In this document: positions 1 through 9,905 of the stretch, piece after piece
Layout: the number at the start of each line of letters is the position of its first letter
Position numbering within the stretch: position 1 is the stretch's first letter
DNA from: Perkinsela sp. CCAP 1560/9
Lineage: Eukaryota; Protista; Euglenozoa: Kinetoplastea
Assembly (NCBI GenBank): GCA_965644495.1
Contig: CBFFSA010000010.1
Span: forward strand, 124,001 to 188,000
DNA length: 64,000 bases
Reading direction: 5' to 3'
The notes under the pieces: model-generated
The model's input: the letters and a program-made list of their open reading frames with translations, nothing else
Databases searched by the model: none
Told to the model about the DNA's origin: nothing
Program-made: the position numbers and the translations under genes

Positions 1-33
1 AATAACAATAAAAACAAGCAATATATGCCCAAT

Positions 34-273
34 CCATTCGCGCGTTCCGGACCGGGTCTTTCGACCTCTCCACGGCCTGACTTGTGAACCCTTCCCTTGT
101 TATATGGGAGGGCGCAGGCGCGGGCCTGTGTCGACAGCGACACGGTCGCGAAACAGGATGCTGGCCGACGGGGAGGAAGTTTTAGTTCCCGACCCATGTC
201 CTACCTCACTTGGAGTACCTAGCCCTTGAGGGCTAGGCGTGAGCATAGACCCTGTCGGCATCGACCAGCATCC
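34..273 (-). ncRNA. Conserved structured 3'-UTR RNA module, copy 1
   Basis: Near-identical to 4748-4980, 7093-7325 and partial 8020-8131. Stems GGATGCTGGTCGA/TCGGCCAGCATCC, CCTAGCCC/GGGCTAGG, GTGTCG/CGACAC, GGTC-GAAA-GACC. Confidence 0.7.
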
Positions 274-337
274 AGGCCAGCCATCTATGAGGGCGCAAAC
301 GTGGGTCTGTGCTGACTGCCGTCCGGTCAGGAAACGT

Positions 338-3300
338 TTACTCCCCCAAGCAAGAAAACGGGTCATCAGGGAGAAGGCGATTAACCATCATGCGGGCCTG
401 AAGGCGCATGAGGGTCACGTTTAACTCCGTGAAGATTCTGCTCGTCGCCCCCCCTTCTGTCAATAACCCGCACGAGGCGTGCGAAAGCCGTTCTCCAACT
501 TTACGGAGTACTGCGGATGCACCGCTGCTCCACGCACCGTAGCTCTCCACCACCATGGCGGTGAAGGCACAGCCGGTTTCTTCAGATTCGTGTCTCTGCT
601 GGCCCTTTTGCGTTGATGAATATTGTTCAGCAAATGACCCCGCGGTTACCCAGCTAGCATTCCGGACTTTGTCCGTATATTTTAGTTGCTGAGCATGGGT
701 GACCGCGAAGTCAAGTACAATCGGATTCCCCAACTGGAGACCGGGCAAATAGACATCACCGGGTCTGGTGAGGGCGCCCCCTGGACCTCTGTTGCCAAGA
801 CTTTTTTCTCGTTGTGGGGCCAGTTTGGCTCTGCTGCAAAGGTCGGCGAACTGATCTGCCACGGCATTATGCCTCGTGATAATTCCATTGCCGTGTTTGC
901 AGGACAATGCGTGGTCCCCTTTGGTGTCCAGTGGGAGAGAACATTTCGGCATAGGGCATTTCCCTTCTTCAGGGTAGACGTCGATCCCTAACCACCAGCG
1001 GGCCAAGGTTCGAAACTCTGTAGGAGTAAAGGAATACCCCATGTCCTTAGACGGGGTTACAAAAGCCCAACTGCTTGCCCCTTTCCCGCATTGAGATATC
1101 CATCTTGTTCGTGTTCGCACATCTGACATCTCGTACGAATGAGAGAAATCATAGGCCGCGATCGCGTAGCTGATGTCTCGTTGGCGTGGAATCTTCCCTT
1201 TCCTCCATTGTGGGGGATCTGTATCAGTACAATCCTCCGAGGCATATAATGGTGTAGATAAGTGGATATCTTCAGGGATGTGCATGGTGCGGGAAGTTGT
1301 ACGGAGCGCGGGTGGTAGGGAGTTCTCTGAGGGAGGGTTATCGTTGACACTTAGGGTACGTTTCCTTTTTCGGTAAAAGAAGGGACTACTAACTGCTTTT
1401 TCGCAAGGGGCGTTCGGCGTTGTAAGGATCCGACCTCGGGGATCAAGTAAAGATGTTCCAGCTTTCTGGTTGATGTCCCTGACAGCTTCCACAAATCCAT
1501 CCGCATCAGAGGGGTTCCATGAATCTTTGTCCGCAGAGAAGGCGACGGAAGATACGTATGCGGCAGTGGCGTGTAACGCTGCGGATCTTAACCCAAAACC
1601 GCCGTGCCGCTTCAAACGTTGTGCCTGAGATCGGGCGTAGGGGTCCAGGGGGCAAATTATAGCTTCGGTGGCGGTCATAAGAAAATCGTCGAGTCGGGCG
1701 CAGAGATGGGCTATGGTTTGGGGTGGTGTGCTTCTCAGGGCGTAGACCATCTGGCAGAAACCGGCACACTGCCTGATAAGAGCAAGTGCAACCTGTGGGT
1801 CCCGAATGGTGGCGATCGCGTCGAGCGTATCCTCAGCGGGGCCTATGGCGTGGATCGCGAGATACTCTGAGCAGTGTTCGGGCGATCCCACCGGGCTTCC
1901 AAGGATGTCGAAATTGCCATGGACGTTGATCTTATTGACGGGTATGTCTGGAAATTCAGAGGCGTGGTGTGCCGAGGTCGGGGGTGTAATGATCTCGCAT
2001 TTAGACATGTTAAGGAATAAGCCCCATTGCGGACCTACTCTGGCAATCGTGTCGAGGGCGTTCCTGACGTCTTGCGCCTGGCCAATGAGGACACCGTCGT
2101 CGAGGTACCACAGCTGGGCGAAGAGGTCCGCCTGAAGATCGATTGCTTCTGAGAGCGCTAAGGACACTAATGAGAAGAGTAGTGGTCCTAAAGGGTCGCC
2201 CTGCTGCACTCCTTCTTCGGAAGAAAGTGATCGGAGTCCGTAGGTAAGGGAGCTGGGATTTGCGTAGCACCAGTTTATCCATGGGAATAGCTCAGGGAAA
2301 TGTTCCTGGACTAGAGGTAGAAAGCAAGCTCTGCTCACGTTGTTGAACGCGTTCCGGAGGTCAACTTTGCATAGTACAAAATTGGGGCAATCCATGTTCG
2401 ATGAAATAGCCAAGCGGCACATGTGGATTATGCGCTCAGCCCCTGCTGGTGTAGCTACACCATATTGCCGACCAGCGAAAAGAGTACTAGCTTTGGACCG
2501 AACCGCGTTGCACGCAGCCTTGCTCACCAACCGTCTCACAGTTTCTCCTGCGGCAATTGGGCGGACGTCGTTTTCGCCTTTCTCTAAAGCGCACAGCCGG
2601 GCTCCAGCAAAGTGACTCTGTACTTCCACTGGTGCTTTTCCCGCTAGGAGGTGATTCGCCAGCTTCGTTAGAGACTGGAGTGAATTAATGTTCTTGCCTC
2701 CGTGGGTAAGTATCGCCGCTTGTAAGTGCTCGGGGCGCAGTCCCATTGTGCCCGCGGAGGAGCCTCGGTGAAAACCCCTTACCGCCTTCTCAATTTCGGA
2801 TTCGTCCAACTCCAGGGGTGCTGCAGCGGGGAAGTGGTTGACGCTCCCAGGGATGAGCAGACGGCAGGGGTGTTTTTCTTGTAGCTTAGAGAACGTGTCA
2901 TCATCGTCCGGAGCCATTGGATCCGACGTTAGAGCAGCCAAGCCTCTGGAATATTCCCCCTGCCGGACGAGGAGTTCTGCCCTTAGTGTGGCTTTCTCTT
3001 CTTCATCACTAACCTCGGTAGGGGTTGCTTCCTTTTTGCGGTAGGTCGTCACGGCCTCTTTCCAGAGGAGGGAATAATCCAACGCAAGCCAACGCTGCAT
3101 GCAACTGTAGGCGTGGGAAGCATATGCCATGTGGCCTTTGCGGCCTCCACGGCGTGGGGCGGGGAGGACACATTTGGGTAGCATGGCCAGCAAGGTCCAC
3201 GACTGCAGTGAATTGTCTTTGACGGCGTTATCCATGGTCTCCGTAAGAATTTCACCCCACAGCTGGCGGCATCGATGTGGTACGTCCTTGCATGTACTAA

Positions 3301-4327
3301 GCGGTAGCGAGCAGATAGTTGATAATGATGGAAGCTCAAACTGAGTGATTCCGGCTCTCCGTCCTGGGCTCTCCGCGTCAGGAAGGGTTTGCGCATGAAG
3401 CTCGGATGGCGGAGAGGCCATTGTTGCTTTGCAGCTATGGGAGTGATATGAACGTTTGTTTTTGTCGTAGTTTCGCCCGCAAGAAGAACAAAGGAAGCGA
3501 CCTTCTACATCCCACCACTCTGCGGGAATGCTGCTTCCGTGCCGGCAAGCGACGTGGTTGTAAAAAGCTTGCCACGACCCGCCGTGTGGGAAGCTCCGCC
3601 ATGAACATCCCTGAGCCGGGCACTGTCGAGAATCGTCTCCGTTGAGGGGAAAAGATGCGCCTTGTGATCCGGAGTACCCATCTTCCTGTTGTCCTTGACT
3701 CAATTCTGCTGAGACAGCGTTCTCTGCAGAATTGGTTGCTGGGGGCATTCCTCGTCGTTGCGATGGTGGGGGATAGGGGGCAGCTTGGTCGTGAATCGTG
3801 GATCCAGCGGACGCAGTCTGTATTTGGGTTGTCGTTAGTTGCGTCGAACATGGATCAAGCTCCATTGCAAGCAAATCTTCCCTATCGCGTAACTCATTGT
3901 CGTGTACCCTATGGTCCGCCTCTTCCGTTTTTCTGAAAGTGGTTTTCTCTCGCGTCTTGGGAGTTTTTATGATGCCTCGAATGTGCCCTTTAGTACAAGG
4001 AGATGAGGTGGATGCTTTACGCCGTACAAACTTCTTTGCAACAGAATCTTTGTCAGACTGTGGTGCTTTAACCTCGTGACCTGGGCCGATGAGCACCCGA
4101 GAGTGATTCATTTCTTCGTCGCTTCCATCTTCGCGTCCTGTGTCAGGTGTCGGTTTTCCGTGTGAAATCGAATCAGCTTTTTTGCACCAGTCTTCAGGGA
4201 TATTCGTAGGAATGGGAGTGGTGTATAGAAGTTCGTTGTAGGTACTCGGCTGGTTAATGAGGTGCGCATTACCTTCAAATTGATCCCAGGATCCTGTTTT
4301 ATGAGTCGACTCCTCTTCGCCGGTCAT
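338..4327 (-). CDS. Intact CRE/SLACS-clade non-LTR retrotransposon polyprotein (LsmAD-like N-terminus, C2H2 + C2HC zinc fingers, RT, CCHC knuckle, RLE endonuclease), 1329 aa
   Basis: Uninterrupted ORF, first ATG at 4327 (the track's 4381 start lies inside the SL copy). RT motifs VRPIAAGE, DLRNAFN, GVQQGDPLGPLLF, WYLDDG. C-terminal CPMPKC..DHALSC, RHN, RPGD..DFAVT. Confidence 0.95.
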   Translation of the reverse strand: MTGEEESTHKTGSWDQFEGNAHLINQPSTYNELLYTTPIPTNIPEDWCKKADSISHGKPTPDTGREDGSDEEMNHSRVLIGPGHEVKAPQSDKDSVAKKFVRRKASTSSPCTKGHIRGIIKTPKTREKTTFRKTEEADHRVHDNELRDREDLLAMELDPCSTQLTTTQIQTASAGSTIHDQAAPYPPPSQRRGMPPATNSAENAVSAELSQGQQEDGYSGSQGASFPLNGDDSRQCPAQGCSWRSFPHGGSWQAFYNHVACRHGSSIPAEWWDVEGRFLCSSCGRNYDKNKRSYHSHSCKATMASPPSELHAQTLPDAESPGRRAGITQFELPSLSTICSLPLSTCKDVPHRCRQLWGEILTETMDNAVKDNSLQSWTLLAMLPKCVLPAPRRGGRKGHMAYASHAYSCMQRWLALDYSLLWKEAVTTYRKKEATPTEVSDEEEKATLRAELLVRQGEYSRGLAALTSDPMAPDDDDTFSKLQEKHPCRLLIPGSVNHFPAAAPLELDESEIEKAVRGFHRGSSAGTMGLRPEHLQAAILTHGGKNINSLQSLTKLANHLLAGKAPVEVQSHFAGARLCALEKGENDVRPIAAGETVRRLVSKAACNAVRSKASTLFAGRQYGVATPAGAERIIHMCRLAISSNMDCPNFVLCKVDLRNAFNNVSRACFLPLVQEHFPELFPWINWCYANPSSLTYGLRSLSSEEGVQQGDPLGPLLFSLVSLALSEAIDLQADLFAQLWYLDDGVLIGQAQDVRNALDTIARVGPQWGLFLNMSKCEIITPPTSAHHASEFPDIPVNKINVHGNFDILGSPVGSPEHCSEYLAIHAIGPAEDTLDAIATIRDPQVALALIRQCAGFCQMVYALRSTPPQTIAHLCARLDDFLMTATEAIICPLDPYARSQAQRLKRHGGFGLRSAALHATAAYVSSVAFSADKDSWNPSDADGFVEAVRDINQKAGTSLLDPRGRILTTPNAPCEKAVSSPFFYRKRKRTLSVNDNPPSENSLPPALRTTSRTMHIPEDIHLSTPLYASEDCTDTDPPQWRKGKIPRQRDISYAIAAYDFSHSYEMSDVRTRTRWISQCGKGASSWAFVTPSKDMGYSFTPTEFRTLARWWLGIDVYPEEGKCPMPKCSLPLDTKGDHALSCKHGNGIITRHNAVADQFADLCSRAKLAPQREKSLGNRGPGGALTRPGDVYLPGLQLGNPIVLDFAVTHAQQLKYTDKVRNASWVTAGSFAEQYSSTQKGQQRHESEETGCAFTAMVVESYGAWSSGASAVLRKVGERLSHASCGLLTEGGATSRIFTELNVTLMRLQARMMVNRLLPDDPFSCLGE

Positions 4328-4375
4328 ATTAAAGGAACCGCGTACCTGGAAAAAGATGGAATAAGGAAAATAATT

Positions 4376-4409
4376 CAACAAGGTACAGAAACTGTATCTT
4401 TATCGTTAA

Positions 4410-4413
<4 letters not shown>
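4376..4413 (-). other. Spliced-leader (mini-exon)-like sequence fused to the retrotransposon 5' UTR
   Basis: Minus strand (AA)CTTTAACGATAAAGATACAGTTTCTGTACCTTGTTG matches the euglenozoan SL core GATACAGTTTCTGTAC...TTG. Not followed by GT. Confidence 0.85.
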
Positions 4414-4442
<29 letters not shown>

Positions 4443-6881
4443 AATTAATGAGGGGGGAGAAGTATGAGTCGCGGCATTGCCTCTATATTTTAACCCAGTA
4501 GACGAACCAAGTAGGTCCATTGGGGGATATACGAGTTGAAAACAAGCAATCAAATTAGCAATTTCATATTGTTTTTATGCAAATAAAGAAAATTTTTCTC
4601 TCTCTTTCTCCTCTTTCTCACCTCTTGACATACTTTTCCCACCTTTCTCCCTACTTTCCTGCTTTCCCCTACCCAACTTTTCAACTTTTCAGGGGGGGTA
4701 AGGTCTCCCTCAGCTTCGCCTCACCCGGCCTGCAGGCGGCTCCTCAACCATTCGCGCGTTCCGGACCGGGTCTTTCGACCTCTCCACGGCCTGACTTGTG
4801 GACCCTTCCCTTGTTATACGGGAGGGCGCAGGCGCGGGCCTGTGTCGACAGCGACACGGTCGCGAAACAGGATGCTGGCCGACGGGGAGGAGATTCACTA
4901 CCCGTGTACTACCTCACTTGGGGTACCTAGCCTTGACGGACTAGGCGTGAGCATAGACTCTGTCGACTCGACCAGCATCCGGGCCAGAGGTATGTGGCCC
5001 TGCGCATGGCGTCTTCGCCATGCCCCTAAGCGCCTTCAAGGGGGGCGTTAGGGTCACTGACAACTATCCTGGAGACCATCATCCGAGCCTGGGAACGCAT
5101 CAACGTGACATTAAGCTCTTGCAAAAGGATGTTTCGTGCCTGAGTGTCTGTTAAAAGACCGTTCGACGCGTTGGCACGTAACGCTCCCACCTTCCACAGG
5201 ACCGTCAAGGCACTTCTGCTCCATGAGCCGAAGGACTCAACAATCATCGCTGTGAACAGTAACTGAGCTGCTTCCGCTTCCTGGCGCTGCTTCCCTTTCG
5301 TTTCAGAGAAGTGTTCAGCAAAAGACCCCGCAGCCACCCAGATAGCATTACGGACTGAGTCCAAATACTTCAATTGCTGTGCGTGGGTGACTGCGAAGTC
5401 TAGAACCATGCCACCTCCCAGTTCATAGTTGGGAAGAAAAACATCGCCTGGTCTGGTGAGACCTCCTCCAGGTCCCCGATTTCCGAGACTTTTTTCCCTT
5501 TGCGGAGCCATATTGGCCTTGCTGCAGAAGGAGGTGAACTGTTGGCAGACCGCATTGTGGCGGGTGATGAGGCCGTGCCCGTTCTTACACATCAGAGCGT
5601 GTTCCCCATTTTTTAGGAGTGGTAAGTCACATCCTTTTGCTGGACAAGGTCGATCCTCTGGATAGACATCCATGCCCAACCACCAGCGGGATAAGGTACG
5701 GAACTCTGTGGGAGTGAAAGCGTATCCCTTGGTCCGCGAAGGAGTCACGAAAGCCCAGCTCCCGGCACCTTTTCCGGACTCTGATATCCATCTTGCACGT
5801 GTGCGGGGGTCAGCCTTCTCGTATGCAGTGTTAAATTCTTGCTGGGAAATGACTTGGCTGAGCTGTTGCTGTCTAGGGATAATCATCTCCGGTTCGGCCG
5901 TCTTCTCTGATCCCTTTTTATTCTGCGTCCGCCGAGGGCGTTTTGTTTGCGAGGACAAGCTATGACGTAGATCAGAATCTGTGCGAGGATTGTTTTGTTT
6001 GGGAGTGCGTCCTGTGCATGGGTCCACAAGCACTGCGCCTGCTTTATCGTTTACTTCTTGCACGGAGGTAGTAAATCCTTGAGCTTCCAAGGGGTCCCAG
6101 TCGTCCATGTCGGCGGCATGAGCGACAGATGAAACGTATGCCGCCGTTGCGTGCAGTGTCGACGATCTGAGACCGAAGCCTCCGTGGCGCTTCCTGCGTA
6201 GTATTTGATCACGTGCGGGGGGGTCCAGGGGAAAAAGTGCCCACTCTACAGCCGTCATGACAGAGTCGTCTAGTAAAAAGCAAAGATGGGTAAGGGGCTG
6301 TGGGGGTGTAGTTCGGAGGGCGTATACCATCTGACAAAACCCCGTGCATTGACGGATTAGAGCACTGGCCACTTGGGGGTCTCCTATTAAACCTATGGCG
6401 GCTAGGGTCTCACGTGCTGGTTCGATGGCGTGCTGCATCAGGAACTCCGCGCAGTGCTCGTCCGACCCGATCGGGCTCCAAGGATATCGAAGTTCCCGTC
6501 GTGCCGGATTTTCGCCTTTGGGATCTCGGGAAAAAGCGTTGTGAGATGAGCCGAGGCAGGTGGCGTTATGATTTCACTTTTCGCAGGATTCAAGAAAAGT
6601 CCGCACCGGGGGCCAACTTCCGAAAAAACGTCCACCGCCTTTCTGACCTCCACAGCCTCTCCCATAAGAACCCCATCGTCGAGGTACCACAGTTGCGAGT
6701 CAAGGTTTGATCGGGATGCTATCTCTTCCGTCACCTCAGAAAGCACTAGAGAGAATAAAAGTGGGCCTAAAGGATCACCTTGTTGCACGCCTTCGGCTGA
6801 AGGGATGAAATTGTTTCCATACGTGAGGCAACTCGGACTTGAGTAGCACCATTCTACCCAGGGCGAAAGTTCCGGAAAATG
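4412..6881 (-). mobile_element. 5'-truncated, frameshifted CRE copy E2 (RT C-half + RLE, 3' module, poly(A))
   Basis: ORFs 6438-6881 (HFPEL..QQGDPLGP..YLDDG) and 5026-6438 (RHN, RPGD, DFAVT). Poly(T) 4412-4440 on the plus strand. Confidence 0.9.
4748..4980 (-). ncRNA. Conserved structured 3'-UTR RNA module, copy 2
   Basis: Same sequence and stems as 34-273. Confidence 0.7.
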
Positions 6882-7754
6882 TTTTTTTTTTTTTTTTTTT
6901 TTTTTTTGACGAACCAAGTAGGTCCATTGGGGGGGGTATACGAGTTGAAAACAAACAATCAAATTAGCAATTCTTTTTCTGTCCACAGATGTACCTTTTT
7001 TCTCAGCCCAAAACTAGCAATTTAGTCTCCCCTAAGTATATACTACAAACAAGAAAAACAGTAAAAATTAAAACAAGCAATCCATGCCCAATCCATTCGC
7101 GCGTTCCGGACCGGGTCTTTCGACCTCTCCACGGCCTGACTTGTGAACCCTTCCCTTGCTATACGGGAGGGCGCAGGCGCGGGCCTGTGTCGACAGCGAC
7201 ACGGTCACGAAACAGGATGCTGGCCGACGGGGAGGAGATTCACTTCCCGTGTACTACCTCACTTGGGGTACCTAGCCCTCGCGGGCTAGGCGTGAGCATA
7301 GACTCTGTCGACCCGACCAGCATCCCGACCAGATGTTCATGGGCGCAAACGACCAGTTCGGAATGAATCCAGCCGGTCGTCATGTGTGACGAGTTGGCCA
7401 GTGGGATCTTCATCCGGGAGACGTCGGACCAACATCCGTGCCTGTGAACGCATGAGGGCTATGTTCATACCCCTTATGAGTTGTGCTGTGGCCTGTGCAT
7501 GGCTCAAAGTCCCATTAGAGGTTGAAGCTCGGTGTTTCCCGACGCTTTTTATGATGGTCAGGGCACTTTTGGACCAGGATCCAAAAGATTCTACAACCAT
7601 CGCTTCAAAACGGTGACCAGCAGCGACAGCTTCTGCTCTCTCCGATATTTTATGTTCCGAGGCGTAGCGCTCGGCGAATGACCCCGCCTTTACCCATGTA
7701 GCAGTTCGGACTAAGTCCGTATATTTGTTTTGCTGGACATGTGTAACTGCGAAG
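6882..7754 (-). mobile_element. 5'-truncated CRE copy E3 (RLE C-terminus, 3' module, poly(A))
   Basis: FAVTHVQQ..MVVESFGSWS..MRSQARML ending at 7337. Module 7093-7325. Poly(T) 6882-6907. Confidence 0.85.
7093..7325 (-). ncRNA. Conserved structured 3'-UTR RNA module, copy 3
   Basis: Same stems; hairpin loop is GCGA (GNRA). Confidence 0.7.
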
Positions 7755-7786
<32 letters not shown>

Positions 7787-8131
7787 CTTACTTACTTTCC
7801 TACTTACTTTACTTCGCCCTTATCAACTTCGCCCGCTTCTCTCCCTTATCTCCACCCCTCAAAGAAACCATCCGCGACTTTCCGACTTCACCCGCTTCTT
7901 TCCCTCACTTCCCCCCCCCCCCGAGCATCCATCCGCGCCTTCCAAACTTTGCCCTCCTCTTTCCCTCACTTCCCCCCAGAAATCAATCCGCGCGTGCTCC
8001 ACCCCTTCTTCCAGCAGTACGCGCTTCGGACCGGGTCTCTCGACCTCTCCACGGCCTGGCTTGGGAACCCTTCCCTTGTTATGCGGGAGGGCGCAGGCGC
8101 GGGCATGTGCCGACAGCGGCACGGTCACGAA
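7755..8131 (-). mobile_element. Short 3'-end-only CRE copy E4 (divergent half module + poly(A))
   Basis: Module 8020-8131 with compensatory changes. Poly(T) 7755-7781. Confidence 0.7.
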
Positions 8132-8177
8132 GTTGGGTTTTGATCGCCGGATTCGGATGAATTCGAAAAAAACAAAA

Positions 8178-8181
<4 letters not shown>

Positions 8182-8212
<31 letters not shown>

Positions 8213-8260
8213 AGTGAATTTAAAACAAGCAATCAAATTAGCAATTCTTTTTATTTCCAC
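8182..8260 (-). mobile_element. Minimal CRE 3'-terminal fragment E5
   Basis: Terminal box AATTGCTAATTTGATTGCTTGTTTT plus poly(A). Confidence 0.6.
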
Positions 8261-9049
8261 AGACTTTTTTTTTTTTTGATCACTATCGCATGCTAACATA
8301 TATAACATGCCTATAGTTCGGCATATGATATTACATTCGCCCTTGTCAGGGCCTTCCGCTTACACTGGAACTGCATGCAGCTTGACATGACGCATTCGCA
8401 CAATGGCTGACACCAATTTTCGGAGGAGAACCAAGAACGGTAACCATGCGAAATCGTACGAGTGCTGGAAAAAAAGGCACAGAGCAGAAAAGGGATTTAG
8501 ATGCTCAATGGGCCATAATTTTGTTGCGCTCAAAGTGATTTCTGACGGATTCCTCGGCTCCACGTAAATCTTGGACAGCAGTTTTGAAGATTGGAACAGA
8601 GCAGAAAAGGGATTTCGGCGCTCAATGAACCAATCTTCTGATCTACCGACCTTGATTTCCGTTGCCAAAATCAGCGTCGCATCATCCCAGCGAAAACTCG
8701 CTATCCGAAAACTCGCTATCCGAAATAAAAGCGTTCGATCTTTTACACTGACTCGCGTAGCGCAAATATGGCGAATGAAATCCTCAGGACCGGACCGAGC
8801 AGAAGAGGGTTTTACAGGCTCAAGGTCAGGCGAAAAAGAGGTCATACACTTTGTTTTCATGAACGCTAAATGCAAATGGAGGTAGTCTTGCACTTCGGAT
8901 CGCGAAGAGTCACAAGGCAGGATTTGAATTGTACGAATGCTGCTGTCCGCGGCCGCTTTCTCCTTACCACCGTCGGGGCCTTTGCCCCAGGACATATGAA
9001 AAGTTAACTGAGTAAGGAAACAACAAGTCAACAAGAGGAACAACAAGTC

Positions 9050-9320
9050 AACAAGTGAGGAGAGCATGTCCTTCTTCGTATTCATTTAAAAGTTCGTGAA
9101 CGATGGACTCACATGCGTTTTTTTGCAAAATGCCTCGTTGAATTGGGGAGAAAAAATTTTGCAGAGCGTTTTCATGTCGTTGTAGAAGGATGGAACCGCA
9201 AATCTTCAGAATGGTATCCCCCATCGCAATAGGTCGAATTCCATTTTGAGGTTTCGCTAGCGCGATGATTCTGCATCGGGTTAGACGTTTTCGCACATTC
9301 AGAGGAACTTCGCCGTTGGA
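9050..9320 (-). pseudogene. CRE-type RT N-terminal fragment (second family)
   Basis: RIIALAKPQNGIRPIAMGDTILKI = RT domain 1/2. Confidence 0.75.
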
Positions 9321-9325
9321 AGAAC

Positions 9326-9905
9326 GTGGTTTACAACCACGTGGCTAACAGACATGGGGAAGAAGTGGCGGAATCATGGTGGACAGAGGAGGGAAGATTC
9401 CTATGCCCGGGTTGCAAAAAACACTACTCCATGCGCAAGCAAGCAACACACAAGATGCACTGCAGGTTTCGCACGCCGTCACCCAAACCTTCGCATGGTT
9501 CCTCCGCTGGCTCCAAAGATTACCCCGTCCCGCCCCCAAATTCCGTTACTGAGCACCACCCTGAGCAGCAGCTTAGCGAGAACACTATGCAAGGCGCCCC
9601 AACAGTGGAAGATCTGCCGTCCCTATCATCAGTATCCGCCTTGTCCGTCAATACCTGCAAAAATATCCCAAACAGCTGTAAGCCTGAATGGGCGAAAACA
9701 CTTACCGAATGCATGGCGGCGGCCGTACGTGACAACACCATCGAGGCTTGGACCCTGCTGGCTATGTTACCTAAATGTGTAATCCCAGCACCACGACGCG
9801 GCGGGGACAAGGGTAAAGCCTCATACACCTCCCACGTCCGCAAATGCCTTTCCAGATGGAAGAACAAGGAATTTCTACCACTTTGGAACGAGGCCTTGTC
9901 AAGCC
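9326..9905 (+). pseudogene. Inverted internal fragment of the LsmAD-CRE family (zinc finger and pre-RT region)
   Basis: YNHVANRHG..WWTEEGRFLCPGC..AWTLLAMLPKCVIPAPRRGG is homologous to E1/E6. Confidence 0.85.

Larger units (their letters stand above)
1..4411 (-). mobile_element. Full-length LsmAD-CRE retrotransposon copy E1 (3' end runs off the window)
   Basis: SL exon at the 5' end (4376-4413), short AT-rich 5' UTR, intact ORF, conserved 3' UTR module at 34-273. Confidence 0.9.

Noticed and set aside
34-273. Identification of the 3' module as SRP RNA, group I intron, hammerhead or HDV ribozyme
   Set aside because: Diagnostic cores were not found, and the HDV-like GCGAAUGG end is not conserved in copy 4.
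4328-4381. ORF-track N-terminal extension of the 1347-aa ORF
   Set aside because: It starts at a TTG inside the SL copy; the first ATG is at 4327.
4485-4515. tRNA-like A-box in the terminal box (TCGTCTACTGGGTTAA)
   Set aside because: No B-box or cloverleaf can be built.
8360-9085. 241-aa ORF as a real gene
   Set aside because: It spans a junction with RT debris, has internal duplications and no recognisable domain.
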